A stretch of DNA of 64,000 bases from Eledone cirrhosa (GCA_964016885.1 OZ024741.1:141608001-141672000), one strand, 5' to 3'; positions 40,738-55,934 are shown, numbered from the stretch's first letter. The notes: generated by a model not told the origin, from the sequence alone. A program made the numbers and translations.

Positions 40738-41886
40738 CTAGCACCAGGGCCCAGCGTTGCACGGGGTAGGAAAACGTGAAATAGTAACACTTATATGCAA
40801 AGATTGAGGTATGTAGCTGTGTACTTTTTGAATTCCCTTATTCTCAAGGAATGATTACTCATCTACTGGAAACGTAGAACACCAGCAGGCCGAATCCAGC
40901 AGTAGCAGTGTCAGTGGGCTGATTGCGGAATTCCTGTATGCGAAAGGGGTAACTAAGTGTTGTGGGGCGATGTATGTCGTAAGCCTGTTCACGAATTACG
41001 TCACGGATGGGGAACACACGTCAGTGTGAAGGAGCGACGTAGTCAATTGTGTGAAAACCAAGTAGGGATGTACGTTTAAGTAGGGATATTGAGATGACGA
41101 AATCAGCGTGGCAACGCAGCTGCAGCAGAAGGGGGTCATAGTGCAGTTATCACAAACGCTGGGCGGCACTGGTTGCACTGCGTTTACACAGCAACAAAGG
41201 TGCGACAAAAGGGGTCACCGCAGAATTAGCACAACCGCTGTTCGGCGTACTTGCGCGGTGTAGGTGCAACAAAAGAGGTCTTAGTAGAAGTAGCACAAAC
41301 GTGAGTTTTACGGTGTCAATAACACGGCAACGTACACAGGATCTGGATTTGCGCGTGATGAAAGCACAAAGCGTCAACAGGGCGCCGACAAAAATTTGAA
41401 GGTCCTCCTCATTTCCTCAATCCCCCGAAAATGGTCCTGCTTAAAAGTAAGTGTCGTGTCCTCTGTTAAATAAACCCAATTTTTAACGAAATAGTATACG
41501 CTACTTATGATGTTTAAGTAGCGTTTATATTGAAAATGAAAATAGCATGTAATGCCCATAGCTAATTCGTTAATTTCCTAGAAACCATTAATGGAATCGG
41601 AAATTTCTTTTCTTCACAGCAATGCGAGGAGACTAACAAACGAGTGCTGCAAATTTCGAGGAAATCGTCTGAATTATCTTTAAGTTACCCCTCAAAAAAA
41701 CCTAAAAATGCCTTTAAAATGCGGTTTTTTGCCTAAGGCCCTAGGGCAGAAAAAGTTAAAATGTTTAGGTCATTGCACTTCAAGAAATATAAGTGACGCA
41801 TGTGTAACGTTTGAAAATATCGGTCGGGTACTTCTCGACACACACACACACACACACATCCTCTGTTTTATATATTTATATATAGA
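40738..41886 (-). mobile_element. Non-autonomous Helitron
   Basis: 5' TCTATATATA.., 3' hairpin CCCGTGCAACGCTGGG followed by CTAG. Confidence 0.75.
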
Positions 41887-41901
41887 GAGAGAGAGATATA
41901 T

Positions 41902-41985
<84 letters not shown>

Positions 41986-42042
41986 AAATGCATGAGTGAA
42001 AACTAGAGGAAAATGATGTAAGGAAAATATAATAGGCTGCAC

Positions 42043-42093
42043 GTTTACTTTATATTTCATATTTCGCGATTACGGCTCTTTTCAAAAGAAAAC
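42043..42093 (-). ncRNA. Minimal hammerhead with U3-A8 core
   Basis: gttttctt-TTGAAAA-gagccgtaatcgc-GAAA-tatgaaata-TA-aagtaaac. Confidence 0.6.
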
Positions 42094-43945
42094 AATAGAG
42101 TGAGTTGTTTTTGTTCAAATTTTTGTTTCTTTGTTTTTTAAATTTACTCCATTTTTCACTTTACATTTCCAAAAGCAATCATAACCACATATCTCACAAT
42201 GCCTCATATAAATTATACTCCTTTGAAATATATATTGTTTCAAAGAAAATTTTAAATGATAGCTTATTTCCAACTATTAGGGGTAAGCGTGGCTGTGTCA
42301 TTAAGGATTCTGAATGACAATCAGCGTTCAGTTCCACTGCGAGAAACTTATAATCTCGAGTTGACCATTACTTTATGTGTGGATTTTGTTAGACAGAAAT
42401 TGTGTGAACGCCTGATATGTGTTTCTACGAGTTTAAAAATACTGCTTGTTTAAGATTATTATACTAACAGTTCAACAAAAAAGGTTTTAATAAATGTACT
42501 GGGTTTGATATGCTTGACTAAAACCCCTCAGGCTGATATCGCAGCTTTGCCACAGTCTAATGAAACCAGTAAAGGAATTTTGTTTCAGAGATTCTATTGA
42601 TATACATTTCTTGATTGTTACTATGTAGAGTTGGATAATAGTGATCTCAAAATATTATATTTTTCCAAGCATTAACATATATTTTTCGGTGAAATTTGTA
42701 TCTTATTTTCCTGAAATTATCTTCCGCCGCACCTCATTTTTTTTTTTTCAGATGAGTGATGCTTCTTCGAAAATTGACCTCACTCTAACCAGTAAACCAC
42801 GTCCCTTCAATTAAGGATAACTGTTTTCTCTATTTTTTTCTTTCTTTTGTTAAATCTAGTTCGAAACAAAATCAATGGTCTGTTTGTATTTGATTTTTAT
42901 GATGTTTTTAAATCGATTCCGATAGCCTTATATTATGTTTTAGACATATGGCGGCGATATTGAAATGGTGCCGCCTTTCGTATTAGTCGATTATATTGAC
43001 CTCACTACATATTTCCATCTGTTACTTATTTCATCGATCATTAATTTGTAGGTTAACATAATAACATAACGATATGCAGCAAAAGCAATTTATACCACTG
43101 TAAACATAACACAAGGAGACAAACATTTATTTTGTGTATGTGTTTACGCGTGTGATGAATCCAAAACTATAACAGAAAACATGCGGTGGTCTCGAACCCA
43201 GAACTATGTAGATGCGATACGAGTTTCTAAACCACACAGTCGGCCATTGTGAGTAAACCATTATTTTTTTGTATCGACTGGGAGACATTTTCTTTGACGT
43301 GATTGACGTGATTGAACGGAAATATCAGAAGATAGTGAATTTTTTGTTATTTCTTTTGGGTTAAACTAAATATATTCAGAGTTTTATCAGATTTTGTCCA
43401 AAAATGAATAATGTTAACAAAAATAAAAGAGGCCACTTTCAATATCAAAAACAGAAATTAATTTTTATACGTAAAATTGAAGAATATCCAACGAAACTCT
43501 CTCTAGGTTATTATTACTCAACTTTACATATGAAATATGATGAAGTTTCTGCTCTTATTATCTATGAATTATAGGAGGTGTCTTGGCAAAATCGTTAAAG
43601 TGTCGTACAATTATACCACAAAAAGAATCTTGACTAAACTCAGTGATTCAAAATCTGTAGTTACTTTGCTCCTAAAGGAGGATTGGGGTAGAAATTTATA
43701 TTGAGGAAGAATGGTGTATATTTGGGTACATGTACGTATGTCAGATGAAATAATTATATTGTGGTATATGTATGGCCACTGTCTTCGGTCGTCTTTCCTG
43801 GTGTCGCACTTTTTAACTGTTGGCTGGACGATAATGTATTAACTTCTCGCTCAATTGATTGTTTTGTGATTGCCTCAAACAACTCGAATAGTACCTGCTA
43901 TATGGCAGCTACAATTCGGTTTATACCTAATATGTATATATATGT

Positions 43946-44056
<111 letters not shown>

Positions 44057-45149
44057 AGATGACGAAGACTGTAGCAAGTGGAGGGCTGTTGAGCTGGAAT
44101 AGACCTATCCAACCGATGTAATCATGGAAAAACGATGATAGTGATAAATTATAAGAAATACCAATACACCAATAAATATATGTCAAATGAAATACCTATA
44201 ATGTTGATCTCGAAGTAATTGTTCAAGAAAAACTGCTGCCTCAGATTTAATGCCTTTGAGGACAACACTGTTATTGATGTTTGAAAAGCTTGCCTTGTGT
44301 TAATGTGATGCTTGTGTGATAAGTTACTAAATGGCAATTCAAAATGGGGGAAGATGTGTGGAAACCTGGGATTGCAAAGTGAGTATGTGACCTCAGTTTC
44401 TGAGAATCACTGGCCTAATTCAATATTTATATATAATTAAATAATTTAATGGTTTGTTTCTTAATCAATATAACATTATACAATATTATCAAAGTTGCAA
44501 ATTTGAACATAAAGCATAGTTCCATAATACAAATGAAACCGTATACAAAATAATTTTACAGACCATTTAATATCTTAGGTAAGAACAGAATATTGATTAT
44601 GAATATACATCAATAACAATGGAATTAAAGACAATTAATGAAGACTCATGGGAGGCTATTTGTGATATATTAAGATAAACAGCCAGTTCGATATTTCCAA
44701 CATACACATATGATTGGACGAAATATTACTCCAAAGAATTTCCTATTCGTGTATATTTACTCATTTCAAAAGTGTTTTATTACCTTGAATATAATTTGTC
44801 GTCAACAGACATGTTTGTCTGCACTCGTACTACTGATAAGCATTGAATGGAAACACTTTAATGTATACAAATCTGTGTATATAGCTCTCCCTCTCTCTTT
44901 CTATATCTCTTTCTCTCTACTCTCTTTCTCTCTCCCTTTCTATTTCTCTCCTCCCTCTCTCTCCAACCAATTCTATAAATAAATAAATATGTGTGTGGGG
45001 GGGGGGGGGGAGTTTGTGTGTCTACATATACATATTAGAGTATGTTTTCAAAATATTCTTTCTGTCTCTGTCTCTCTCTCTCTTTCTCTCTCGCTCTCTC
45101 TCTCTCTCTCTCCAATTCTATAAATATATCTGTCTGTATGTATGTATGT

Positions 45150-48100
45150 TCTTCTGGGTTTATAATTTCACAAATTTTTACCAATAGAGAGAGAGTCGGT
45201 TTCTAACATAGACACAAGACTCTCTCATTGGAATTTACACAACATCAACTAGGTAGATTATGTATGCATGCATGTGTAGATATGGATGTTATTGTATGTG
45301 TGTGTGTGTGTGTATGTTTTGAGTTGTATGTGTGCATGTGTATATGCTTTATATCTGTACTTGTGTATATGCAATTATTGGATGCAAAATCTTTGGAATG
45401 TTTTACATAGTTTTATCATTAATGGATTGTACTTGTAATTTCCTAACTAGTTGTGTTCTCTCTGTTCCTGTGAAGCATAGCTTCTCAAGATTTGTATTGA
45501 GGCAGTTACTAACATACCCCAGCACCCCAATAACCACATCATAAATCTGAAGGTGTAATCAGGGTGAAGTATCTACAGATTTCTCATCATTTCTTCTTAA
45601 GTATTCTCCTTTTCACTAATCTTTGATATTATATTGGCATCTGCTGGGCAGCTAATTTCCACTACTGTGCATGCTTTCTTCTTCCTGTCCCATATCATAA
45701 TATCTGGTCTGTTATGCCTGCATTTTAGTGGGGTTTTTACTGGAACATTCCACCAGTACTCTTTCATATTATGTACATGGATTTCTTCCACATCGCTGTA
45801 GCTGTGTTTATTATCGGGGTTATTTTTTCTACGGATTACATTGTACAGTGTTTTGACCACTACATCATGCCCCATAGGTAGATAGTACCACGATGACATC
45901 TTTGGCCAGCTGCTGATGACATGGGTGACATCTTAGATGTTAATTCTGCAGAGTTTGCACTTGTTATCACATCTAGGTGTCTTGCCTGCATCCCTATCTC
46001 TTTTGTGAATCAGGTATTTCGTGTTAATTTCCTGTTCTTGGATTACAAAAGCGTATCCTTCAAAGTGGGAGCCAATATAGCGGTTGTTGGTCCAAAATAG
46101 ACTACCTTCCTTATCTATATTACTCTGAATCTGGAGCTTCCTGGCAACCTATCCATGCATGATTCTTTGCTGATAGGCATGCAGTTTTTCATCCATGGAT
46201 TCACTGCGATACTGCTGAGCGACTTCCCTGGGTGTGAGTTTTTGATTATCACACAGGGAATATCTCTCGAGGAGTTCCTTCCCAACCCTCATGATCTTAT
46301 CTGTTTCATGCAGATAGACTTGCTCGAGAGACGGGCACCTACGCTTCGAGGCTCGTAGATGTTGCCGGAGGAAAATGATGCGACATTCAAATGCTGTCTG
46401 GACTGATGTTAGGACTCCGCCGCTCTGCCTACGTTTCAAGTAAAGGCGGTCTATGTCACTGTTGATGTGGAAGTTTCCGGTGTTGTTTAGTATTTTTCGA
46501 GTTCTAACATCAACTTCTCTGATTTCGTCTATCGTCCAATTGAGTATTCCAAACGTTGGTGTTAGGACAGGCACAGCAAACAAATTGTGATCCACTGTTT
46601 TTTTTTGCGCAGAGAGTTCCGATGACCAAATCTTTCTTAACCGGGTGTAGTATTCCCTGTTTACGCGTTCCTTATTACAGATACCATTATAGGATATGTT
46701 CTCACCTATCCCCAGGTATCTGTAGCAGTCCTCATCAGATATTGGTGAAACAGTTCGGCCATTGATGACAATATTGATAGATTGGGTTGTTGTTTTCCCC
46801 CACTTTACAGTCATGTATGAGCATTTATCTTGGCCAAACTCCATTCCTATATCCTTTGAGAACGTTGTAACCAGGTCAAGATTTTTCTTCATCCCATCCA
46901 TGTTCTTGGCATAGAGTTTCAGATCATCCACAAAGAAGTTATGGGTTAGGTTCGTATTTCTGTCCTCCTGTGAGCCAATGGTGTATCCTTAACATTTCTT
47001 GAGCAGAAAGGACAAGGGCTTTAATGACAGAATGAATAATATCACAGAGAGACTGTCTCCCTGAAATATACACCTTCGATATTTTATTTTATCAGTGAAA
47101 ATAGAGTCCTCCCTATCTGTTTTTAACCTTAGGATAGTAGCCCAAGAAGAAGACAGCTTCTCTAAGGCTTTGATAATAATGTCTGGTACTTTAGCAAGTT
47201 GGGGGGCCTCTATCATCCAAGAGTGGGGAACAGAATCGAAAGATTTCCTGTAGTCCAGCCAGACAGTAGCCATAATCCTCCTAAGTTGTCGCACCTCCGA
47301 CATCGCAGTTTTGTTGATTAGGAGTTGTTCAGCACATCCCCAAACCCCCTTCTTTCCAGCTGCTTGTTCATCTGTGATGATGTTATTATTGTCACAGTGA
47401 TCTTGGAGGAATAGGTTCAGGCAGGCTGTATACATCTTATACATCAGGTAGTTTTTTGCCAAGTGGGTGTCTTTGTTTTGGGGGACCAGTAATGTTTGTG
47501 CTAATGTCAACATTCTGGTATAAGTGTATCTCCCTTAAGAACTTGTTGGTAGAGGTCAGTAAGATACCTCCGATAGAATATCAGTTTTTTGTACCAGTAG
47601 CCGACAATCATGTCTCTTCCTGGTGTTTCTTATCTTGGAGTTTTCCTATCACAGTCTCAAGGGTAGCCTCACTTATTTCGTATGTTTTTGTTGTAGTGTA
47701 GGAGCACTAGTTCTTTCGGATTTCTTTTAGCCACACTGCATCTTGGTTGAAATTCTTCTTTTCTCCCCATATTTATCCCCAAAAGGAATCTGTCTTTCTG
47801 GGATGGAGCCTCAGTGACATTTATTATTTTGTCCTTCATATCTCTATAGACTGATGTTTGGTTTCGTCTGAATCTTTTATTAAGCACTTTTCTTTCATCT
47901 ACCTTCTTCGGGTATCGGCGTTTTTCGCTAACAGCTCTCAATTCTTGTTTGAGGGTGATCAGCTTATATTGAAGAGTTCTGGTTCTACTGTTACCAAACA
48001 TCGTCTCTATTTTATTTTTTACTCTTTGTTGGTGAGGAGTGAGGTTTTTTCTTGTGTTTGTTTGCATGTAAGGAGCATTGTCACATATCCTATGGTTTTT

Positions 48101-49255
48101 CGTAGGTCAGCAATCTTTTTTTCTATTTTAGTTATATATGATGGTATTTTTGGTGGTATTTTGTTCTTGTTAATATCTCTGCTATCACCAAGATAATGCT
48201 TCACTGTTGTTGCTAAGGCATATAAACAGGCGTTGATTTGCCAAAATGTTGGGGTTTTTATCCGTCGTAAATATTCATCCCCTATTTCGTCAATAACACG
48301 TAATGTTTCATATATTTAATTTTGGTTTTTTATTAAATATTGTCGTTTTAATACGTTCAGCGAGAGAGATATTTATACATGAATTAATTTCTCTCTGGAA
48401 GATTTCGTTGAGGAAAATTTTCAATTGTTTATACTTTTGATTATTATCATTATCGATAGTATTTTCCTCAATAGTCGAGGTATACTCGGATGGTACACGT
48501 GGTGTCAAATTTTTTCGATTATTATTATTATTTCTTCGATTATTATTATTATTTCTTCGATTATTATTATTATCGATAGTGTTTTCCTCAGCATTCGAGA
48601 TAGACTTAGATGGCACACGTGGTGTCAAGTTTCTTACAGGCATAGTTGTTTCAAGGCACTGTTCGACCTGGCTGCTAGGAAGTCTAGTAGCATGGCAACA
48701 TGTAGCACATGTTTGTTGTGGGGGACCAACAATTAATAATATTTATCTTATGTTTACGTTCAACAAACGTCGCTTGTTGGCGTAATTGTTTTGCTGTGAA
48801 ATAATTTAGCTCTGGGTGCATTTCGTCCGAGTGTAGCTTCATTCTGTACATATAGCCAATAGAGGGATTGTTTTTTGCCATTTTATAACAATTAAATAAA
48901 TCATCATTAATTTCGCAACTCCAAGAGGAATGCGATTTATAATTTCGGTTTCTTCTTTAGCTACAACTGAATAAATTTTGTTTACTTTTCTCGTTATTTA
49001 TCTTCGATACTTCCTTAATGTTGTTGTTGATGTTGTGTTCAGCCATGCTGTTTGTAGCAAATCCTTGTAAAGTGAATTATGTATTTAGTCGGATATCTCT
49101 ACGAATTCGAATAAAAGGTGTCTTCAGAAGTTATAGTTAGAAGAATAACCAGTTATTCAACAGGACTGTAGTTGTGGCATTACTGTCGAAGATAGTATTC
49201 ATCTTAAATGTAATAGTCTCCCACGCCAAAATATGCGACTGGTCGCGTCGACTGT
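45150..49255 (-). mobile_element. Decayed near-full-length R4/Dong-like retrotransposon
   Basis: Frameshifted ORF pieces with WLDYRKSFDSVPH, IFQGDSLS, DDLKLY, YRYLG, HNRPDI; closest to the 37049 family; (TATG)n at both ends. Confidence 0.9.
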
Positions 49256-49383
49256 GTGTAGTATATGTATGTATGTGTGTCTGTATGTCTGTATGTGTCT
49301 GTATGTTTTTAAAATAGTCTTTCTCTCTCTGTCTCTCTCACTCTCTCTCTCTCTCCAATTCCATAAATATATATATACATATA

Positions 49384-49476
<93 letters not shown>

Positions 49477-50244
49477 GTGTTAGAGTATGTTTTTAAAATA
49501 TTCAAGTATATATACTAGTGTAGGAATCGACAAATGAAAGGATCTCACTTTCTCCCGTTCGATTGTTTTTTTGTTTTTTTTGTCTCTCTGAAGTGCAAAA
49601 CCTCATCTGGTTGTTGCCTTATGGCCCCAGTAGATAGAACTATAAAGGTGTTATTCCGACAGATAGCAAAGTAGAAGTGCTGTACACAGACCTAAAACAA
49701 GTGAAACAGTCGAGTAATGAAGGAGATAAAGAAAACATCAAACACAGGTGACGAATTCTTTTTCTGAACTAAAATAAGTCAATAATTTGCCAAGTATGGT
49801 TTTAAATTATACACACTAAGTTGATCTCCGTAGAGTGACAACTTGACGCTTGAGAATAATTTCTGATCTCTCTTAAAATCATTTTCGATAAAATATGAAA
49901 TGCTATAATTGTAGAAGGAAATATTGTTTAATAATTTAAGTGTTTGTTAGTTTACTGCCCGACAACGAGATGTAATTTAATAGATGAGTTCATTTAATAT
50001 GAACTTAACGTCGGAGTGGACCAGATACGGTTCGTTTCAATGTTCCACCTGATTTTGTAAATTTTAGTCAATACTCTGCCAACTCGCAGAGTTGATAGGG
50101 CTTCAGATTAAATACCTCAGTATGTGTTCTAGTTCGCAGCGCCCTTATTTCAAATCCCACCGATGTCAACTATGCTATTTATCATTTTGCGGTCGATAAA
50201 AAGGACTAGTTCCGTACAGGACTCAATTTTCCCAGTTTCTTTCG

Positions 50245-50313
<69 letters not shown>

Positions 50314-50775
50314 CCACTCTCCCTCTCTCTCCCTCTATCTCCCTCTCTCTCCCTCTCTCTCTCACCCACTATCTCTCTCACTCTATCTCTCTCTATTTCT
50401 ATCTCCTCTTTCTCAGAAAATGGGTTTGTTTAGACTTGAAGGGGCATGTGCGCCGAGAGATTCAAAATGCTTAAGAAATGCCGAGTATTAAGACGGTGCC
50501 TTACAACTCCATTAAATATTAAGATCTTTCTTCTTTCCATAATCAATACTCTGCAAAATTTATATCATGAAGAGAGTGATAATATTCCAGAACATTTCAG
50601 ATTTCAGATGCAAGCATGGTTATGGGTTTAATACGTTATATTCACAAACATGTTCAGTTCTATAGCTTGGACTATTAGACAAGTTCCTTCTCCTTTAGTT
50701 TCGACTTCATCAACAACTTATGAGGGAAAATCGGCAGATGGAAATTAAATATAAAATCTCTCCCGTATGTATATA

Positions 50776-50858
<83 letters not shown>

Positions 50859-50924
50859 GGGGTGTAGTCCTATATATGCATGTATGTATGTGTGCGTGCC
50901 TTTGTACGTATATGGGGGTGCCTA

Positions 50925-50958
<34 letters not shown>

Positions 50959-50961
50959 ATA

Positions 50962-51923
50962 CTAGCTGAATTACCCGGCGTTGTCCGGGTTACTGCTGTT
51001 CTTATTCAGATTAGTAAACAATAAATATGAAGATATGTTGTTTTTTTTCTCATAATTATTTCAAAATATGTATATTTTATAAAAAGAAATATCAAAATTG
51101 TAATGATAATAGAATAAAAAATAAAAATCTGTGAATCTTGATGCACCTTAGGGTAAACAATATTCATTGTGTAATTTTTTATTGGTGCCCAAATGAATAA
51201 ATTGTTGTTACACACTCACACACATACACTCTCACATACACATACTAAGACAGGTACACACAGACTTACATTCACGCAGACACACGCATAGCTTTCACCT
51301 CAATTTTTTTTGCAGTCGCTACACCAAATGAGAATATAAATTCACACATACACTCACACATACATACACTCACAAAAACATACACTCACACATACACTCA
51401 CAAACACATACACTCTCACATACACTCACATAGAATCTCACATACACTCACATACATATACTGAGACAGACACACACACAGACATACATCCATGCACACC
51501 TGTCTGTCATTACATATATATCTGTATATGTAGGTGTGTGTGTGTGTGTTTAATTGTCTGTGTCTGAAGATATGTATGCAAATTAATAAGGCTATATGTA
51601 TGTGTAGATGTGTGTATGTTTAATTCTCTGAGGCCTAACGTATGCAACGAACTCGCAGACACACACACACACACTCACAGACAGATACACACTAATATAC
51701 AAAATCTGATGGTCGTCGTGGTGATGGTTTACTATAGTTCACTATAGAAATATTATTTTAGATAAAATGTCATATTGTTTTAATCCAAGTGAAAATAAAA
51801 ATCACATATTGACACTCCCGGGGTCTAATACTATCAACTTGTAAAATTTGATTTGATTTGGTCCAGCCGTTTGAGAATGCATAGGAACAGACAGACAGAC
51901 AGGCAGAATTTTATATATATAGA
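50962..51923 (-). mobile_element. Non-autonomous Helitron
   Basis: 5' TCTATATATATAAAA then (CTGT)n; 3' hairpin CCCGGACAACGCCGGG then CTAG; inserted between A and T. Confidence 0.85.
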
Positions 51924-51944
51924 TGTGATAATATATGTGGGGGG

Positions 51945-52182
51945 GGGGCGTATGTATGTCCGTGTCTGTGTTTACGTTTGTGTGTGTGCTTATGTTTCGT
52001 AACATAACAGTTTGACAAAAGACAATCGATAAGATAATTATCAGACTAAAGACAATCGATAAGATAATTATCAGACTTCACTATATAATTACTGGAGTCG
52101 AGATGATGGACTAAATTCCTTCAAGATAATACACCAGCATGGCCGCAGTCTAATATCTGAAACCAGTAAAAGAATAGAAGAA
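51945..52182 (+). mobile_element. SINE 3' part
   Basis: CCAGCATGGCCGCAGTC..TGAAACCAGTAAAAGAAT tail; similar to 42500-42575. Confidence 0.55.
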
Positions 52183-52390
52183 TGTAACTTCAGAAAGGGA
52201 ATATAATTGCAATGAAGTCATTAAATATATAGTCAAATTTGAAAAACTTTTCAGTTGGGATGATTACTTCTCATTGTCATTTAAATAAAAAGAAATATTA
52301 ATAATTTCCTTGCTTTTATTGTAGCATAAGAGATCTACACATGTCAAAAAGTATTTCCAGACAACAATCCCCCACCCTCAACCGTCTACA

Positions 52391-52575
52391 TATAATTGTT
52401 TCTACTTTTAGCACAAGGCCAGCAATTATCCCAGTGTATTGCTGGTACTTTATTTTATTGACCCTGTAAGGATGAAAGGCAAAGTTAACCTCGGCGGGAT
52501 GTGAACTCAGACCATAAAGGGCTGTAACTCTTTGCTGCAAAGCATGGCGTCAGACCGTCTACCGATACTGCCAAA
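52391..52575 (-). mobile_element. tRNA-derived SINE (Meta-like domain)
   Basis: Near-identical to 8-118 and 8172-8340. Confidence 0.75.
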
Positions 52576-54049
52576 TGTTTAACTCTTACATCCTGTAATG
52601 AATTAGCAGAAAATATCTAAAACTTGTTCGTTTGTTTAGGTTGTGCAAATTTGCTGTAAACTAAAGTGAGAACTTTAAAGTTTAATGTGGTATCATGTGT
52701 TATCATGTCTTACTAATGTGGTATCATGAGGCTTAAGTCACTGTATATAGTATCTTTACAATAAGACTAATTGTTGTGAAACTTTGTAGTAAATAAGTTG
52801 ATATTTAATGTGATGAGGCATAGTGCCATTTTGTACTAAAGAATGTCTTGCAAATATTTTTATAATTGACTTTACCTGGCGATAAATCATTTTGAAAATG
52901 TGTAGATTTAGCCTTTTTGATACTAAGTCGGCCAAACCACCACTAATTCTAGGAAAAATGTCGAATCTTCCAAAATAATTTAATATAATGTGTTACTATT
53001 GAGATTTTATGCGGTACAGAGCATTTAGAATTAAATGTAACGTTCGAATAAGATTGATTCGCTGAAGATTAGTGGAGACGGAAATGAAAATTGGTATGTT
53101 CTACTCTTTCAGAAGGCATAATATTTTACGGACGCTGATGTCCGATATATCCTTCCTTATGTTATACTTTTTTCCTTCAAATGTAGAAACCCTGTATCAT
53201 TAGATCGTTATTTAGCGCTTACAAGACTTATATTTGCTTCAACACTTTCATGACCGTATTTCTAATGAATTCCTGTCTCAATCAATTAATAAAGAATTTT
53301 GAAGGCTTTACAATGTTTTTTTATTTCATTATTCAGATAACTTAACGTATGTAAATGTTATATGTGGAAGATTTTAATTTAAATAAGAACCCTTTAAAAT
53401 AGGCAAGTTTGTTTCATAGAACCTGGGTTGATATCAAAACTGTTAATGAAGAATTTGGAAGGATTAACTATTTTACTATTAAGATGGTTTTCATAACATC
53501 GAAAGGTTCTTGTATCAACTTTTATATTAGGTGGAGTTGTTTCATAGAACCAAAGACGGTTTGGGGACGGGTTGGTCAAAACGGTTTCAAAAGTTGTCGG
53601 TTCAGCGAGAGATGATTATAACTACAATACAATAGAAAAAGTTCTGGGATCAGCTACACTTTTATCGTTTTAATTTAATGGAAAGACGCAGTAAAGACCA
53701 AGAAAAATATAATCAAACCTTTTAAACTTCGATTGCAGAAAAACATAATAGATTTTCCAACACAACCATTCAGGCTACGTATATAACATTTTATAATAAC
53801 TTCCATTTCTATAACAAGAATCCATTTCTATACTCTTTCAAGAATCCAATTTCCATTTACTAGCGATGATTTTTTAGTTTAATCTTTTTATCAAATCACA
53901 GCTTTGTTTAATATATTCGTAAAATAGTGGTTATAGTCAAACGAGAATATATTCGTGTTTGTGGCATGTATTCTTTATGTTAGATGAACATCGCACTATT
54001 CTGTAGAAACGCTAAATTTATATCAATAGAATGGATTACACACACACAC

Positions 54050-54555
<506 letters not shown>

Positions 54556-54659
54556 TAAAATAACAGATTAAAGTTTAAGCTCTACGGTTCTTATATATTT
54601 GATATATATTTCTCCTTATCGACCCCTCTTTGGATTTTAGTCTTCAAATTTATTATTAT

Positions 54660-54699
<40 letters not shown>

Positions 54700-54707
<8 letters not shown>

Positions 54708-55066
54708 AGATCAAAAGATGGTTAAAGGAGTTCCATGTATTTTATTATGCGCATTTCAAAAACAAACATCAACATGCAATAATATTTGTGTTTTCATCAG
54801 ATAAAACAGGAGAACATGATATGAAGGCTAAAAAACACTTGTGGATAGTGCAGTTTTAAATCAACATCTCCTGTTTTATCTGATGAAAACACAAATATTA
54901 TTGCATGATGATGTTTGTTTTTGAAATGCGCATAATAAAATACATGGAACTCCTTTAACCATCTTTTGATTCTATATTATGTATACTCCAGTCCTACAAA
55001 CTGTAGAGTGCTTCTTATCCGATATCTGCATTGCTTTATTGTACTACAATAAAACTCACCTCCTAC
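54700..55066. mobile_element. Fold-back Penelope-like mini-insertion (arms ~54710-54813 / ~54867-54970 plus tail)
   Basis: Near-perfect inverted arms in (TA)n, each with an intact hammerhead. Confidence 0.85.
54874..54940 (+). ncRNA. Canonical type I hammerhead (mirror copy 54740-54806 -)
   Basis: ttttat-CTGATGA-aaacacaaat...gtttgttttt-GAAA-tgcgca-TA-ataaaa. Confidence 0.85.
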
Positions 55067-55205
55067 ATATATATATATATATATGTATATATAAATATAT
55101 ATATTTTTATATGTATATTTATATATATTTATATATGTATATTTATATATAATTATATATATATTTATATATATTTAGTTATGTAATAAACAGCATAAGA
55201 CAATT

Positions 55206-55280
55206 TTTCCATTTACCAAAGATTTCACGAAGACAGACGAGCTCAACACAGGCGTCTGAAATCGCTCATCAGAATGAAAA
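55206..55280 (-). ncRNA. Type I hammerhead (deleted copy at 56465-56520)
   Basis: ttttcatt-CTGATGA-gcg..cagacg..cgtctg..cgt-GAAA-tctttgg-TA-aatggaaa. Confidence 0.75.
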
Positions 55281-55455
55281 TTAAAATTTATTATGGACGT
55301 AAGATATGTATTTGAAAACAAGGGCTAAAACAGTTGAAAGCTATGCTGATATATAATATAAAATAACCCGAAATGCGCTTATGTTTGTATACTCCTGCAT
55401 GTATATGCGTGTATGTATGTATGTGTATGTATGTGTATGTATGTATATATGTGTA

Positions 55456-55493
<38 letters not shown>

Positions 55494-55497
55494 TGTG

Positions 55498-55589
<92 letters not shown>

Positions 55590-55619
55590 GTATATATATA
55601 TATATAAATATATATATTT

Positions 55620-55849
55620 AAAAGAATAGAGGTGTAACACACGAGTTGTGATATATTGGTAAAAGGAAAAGAAAATGCTGACAAATTGTTCCCACTGAAA
55701 AAAATAAGTAATAATTAGTAATAAGTATTGGTTAGTATTCAGTTTTAGTTTTAAGTTTTTAAGTTTTTAAACTACTAATTTTTACTTATTCCTAATTAAA
55801 CTATTTTTCACTGGGAACAATTTGTCAGCATTTTCTTTTCCTTTTACCA

Positions 55850-55934
<85 letters not shown>

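Noticed and set aside
44331-44385. EGF-like QNGGRCVETWDCK followed by a GTGAGT donor
   Set aside because: In-frame stop immediately upstream and no acceptor; likely chance
49593-49746. Exon-like segment between a polypyrimidine-AG and GT
   Set aside because: Stops in all three frames; may be a decayed LINE endonuclease piece
53394-53615. Short ORFs in non-repetitive sequence (also 57930-58361)
   Set aside because: No recognisable domain or consistent splice structure
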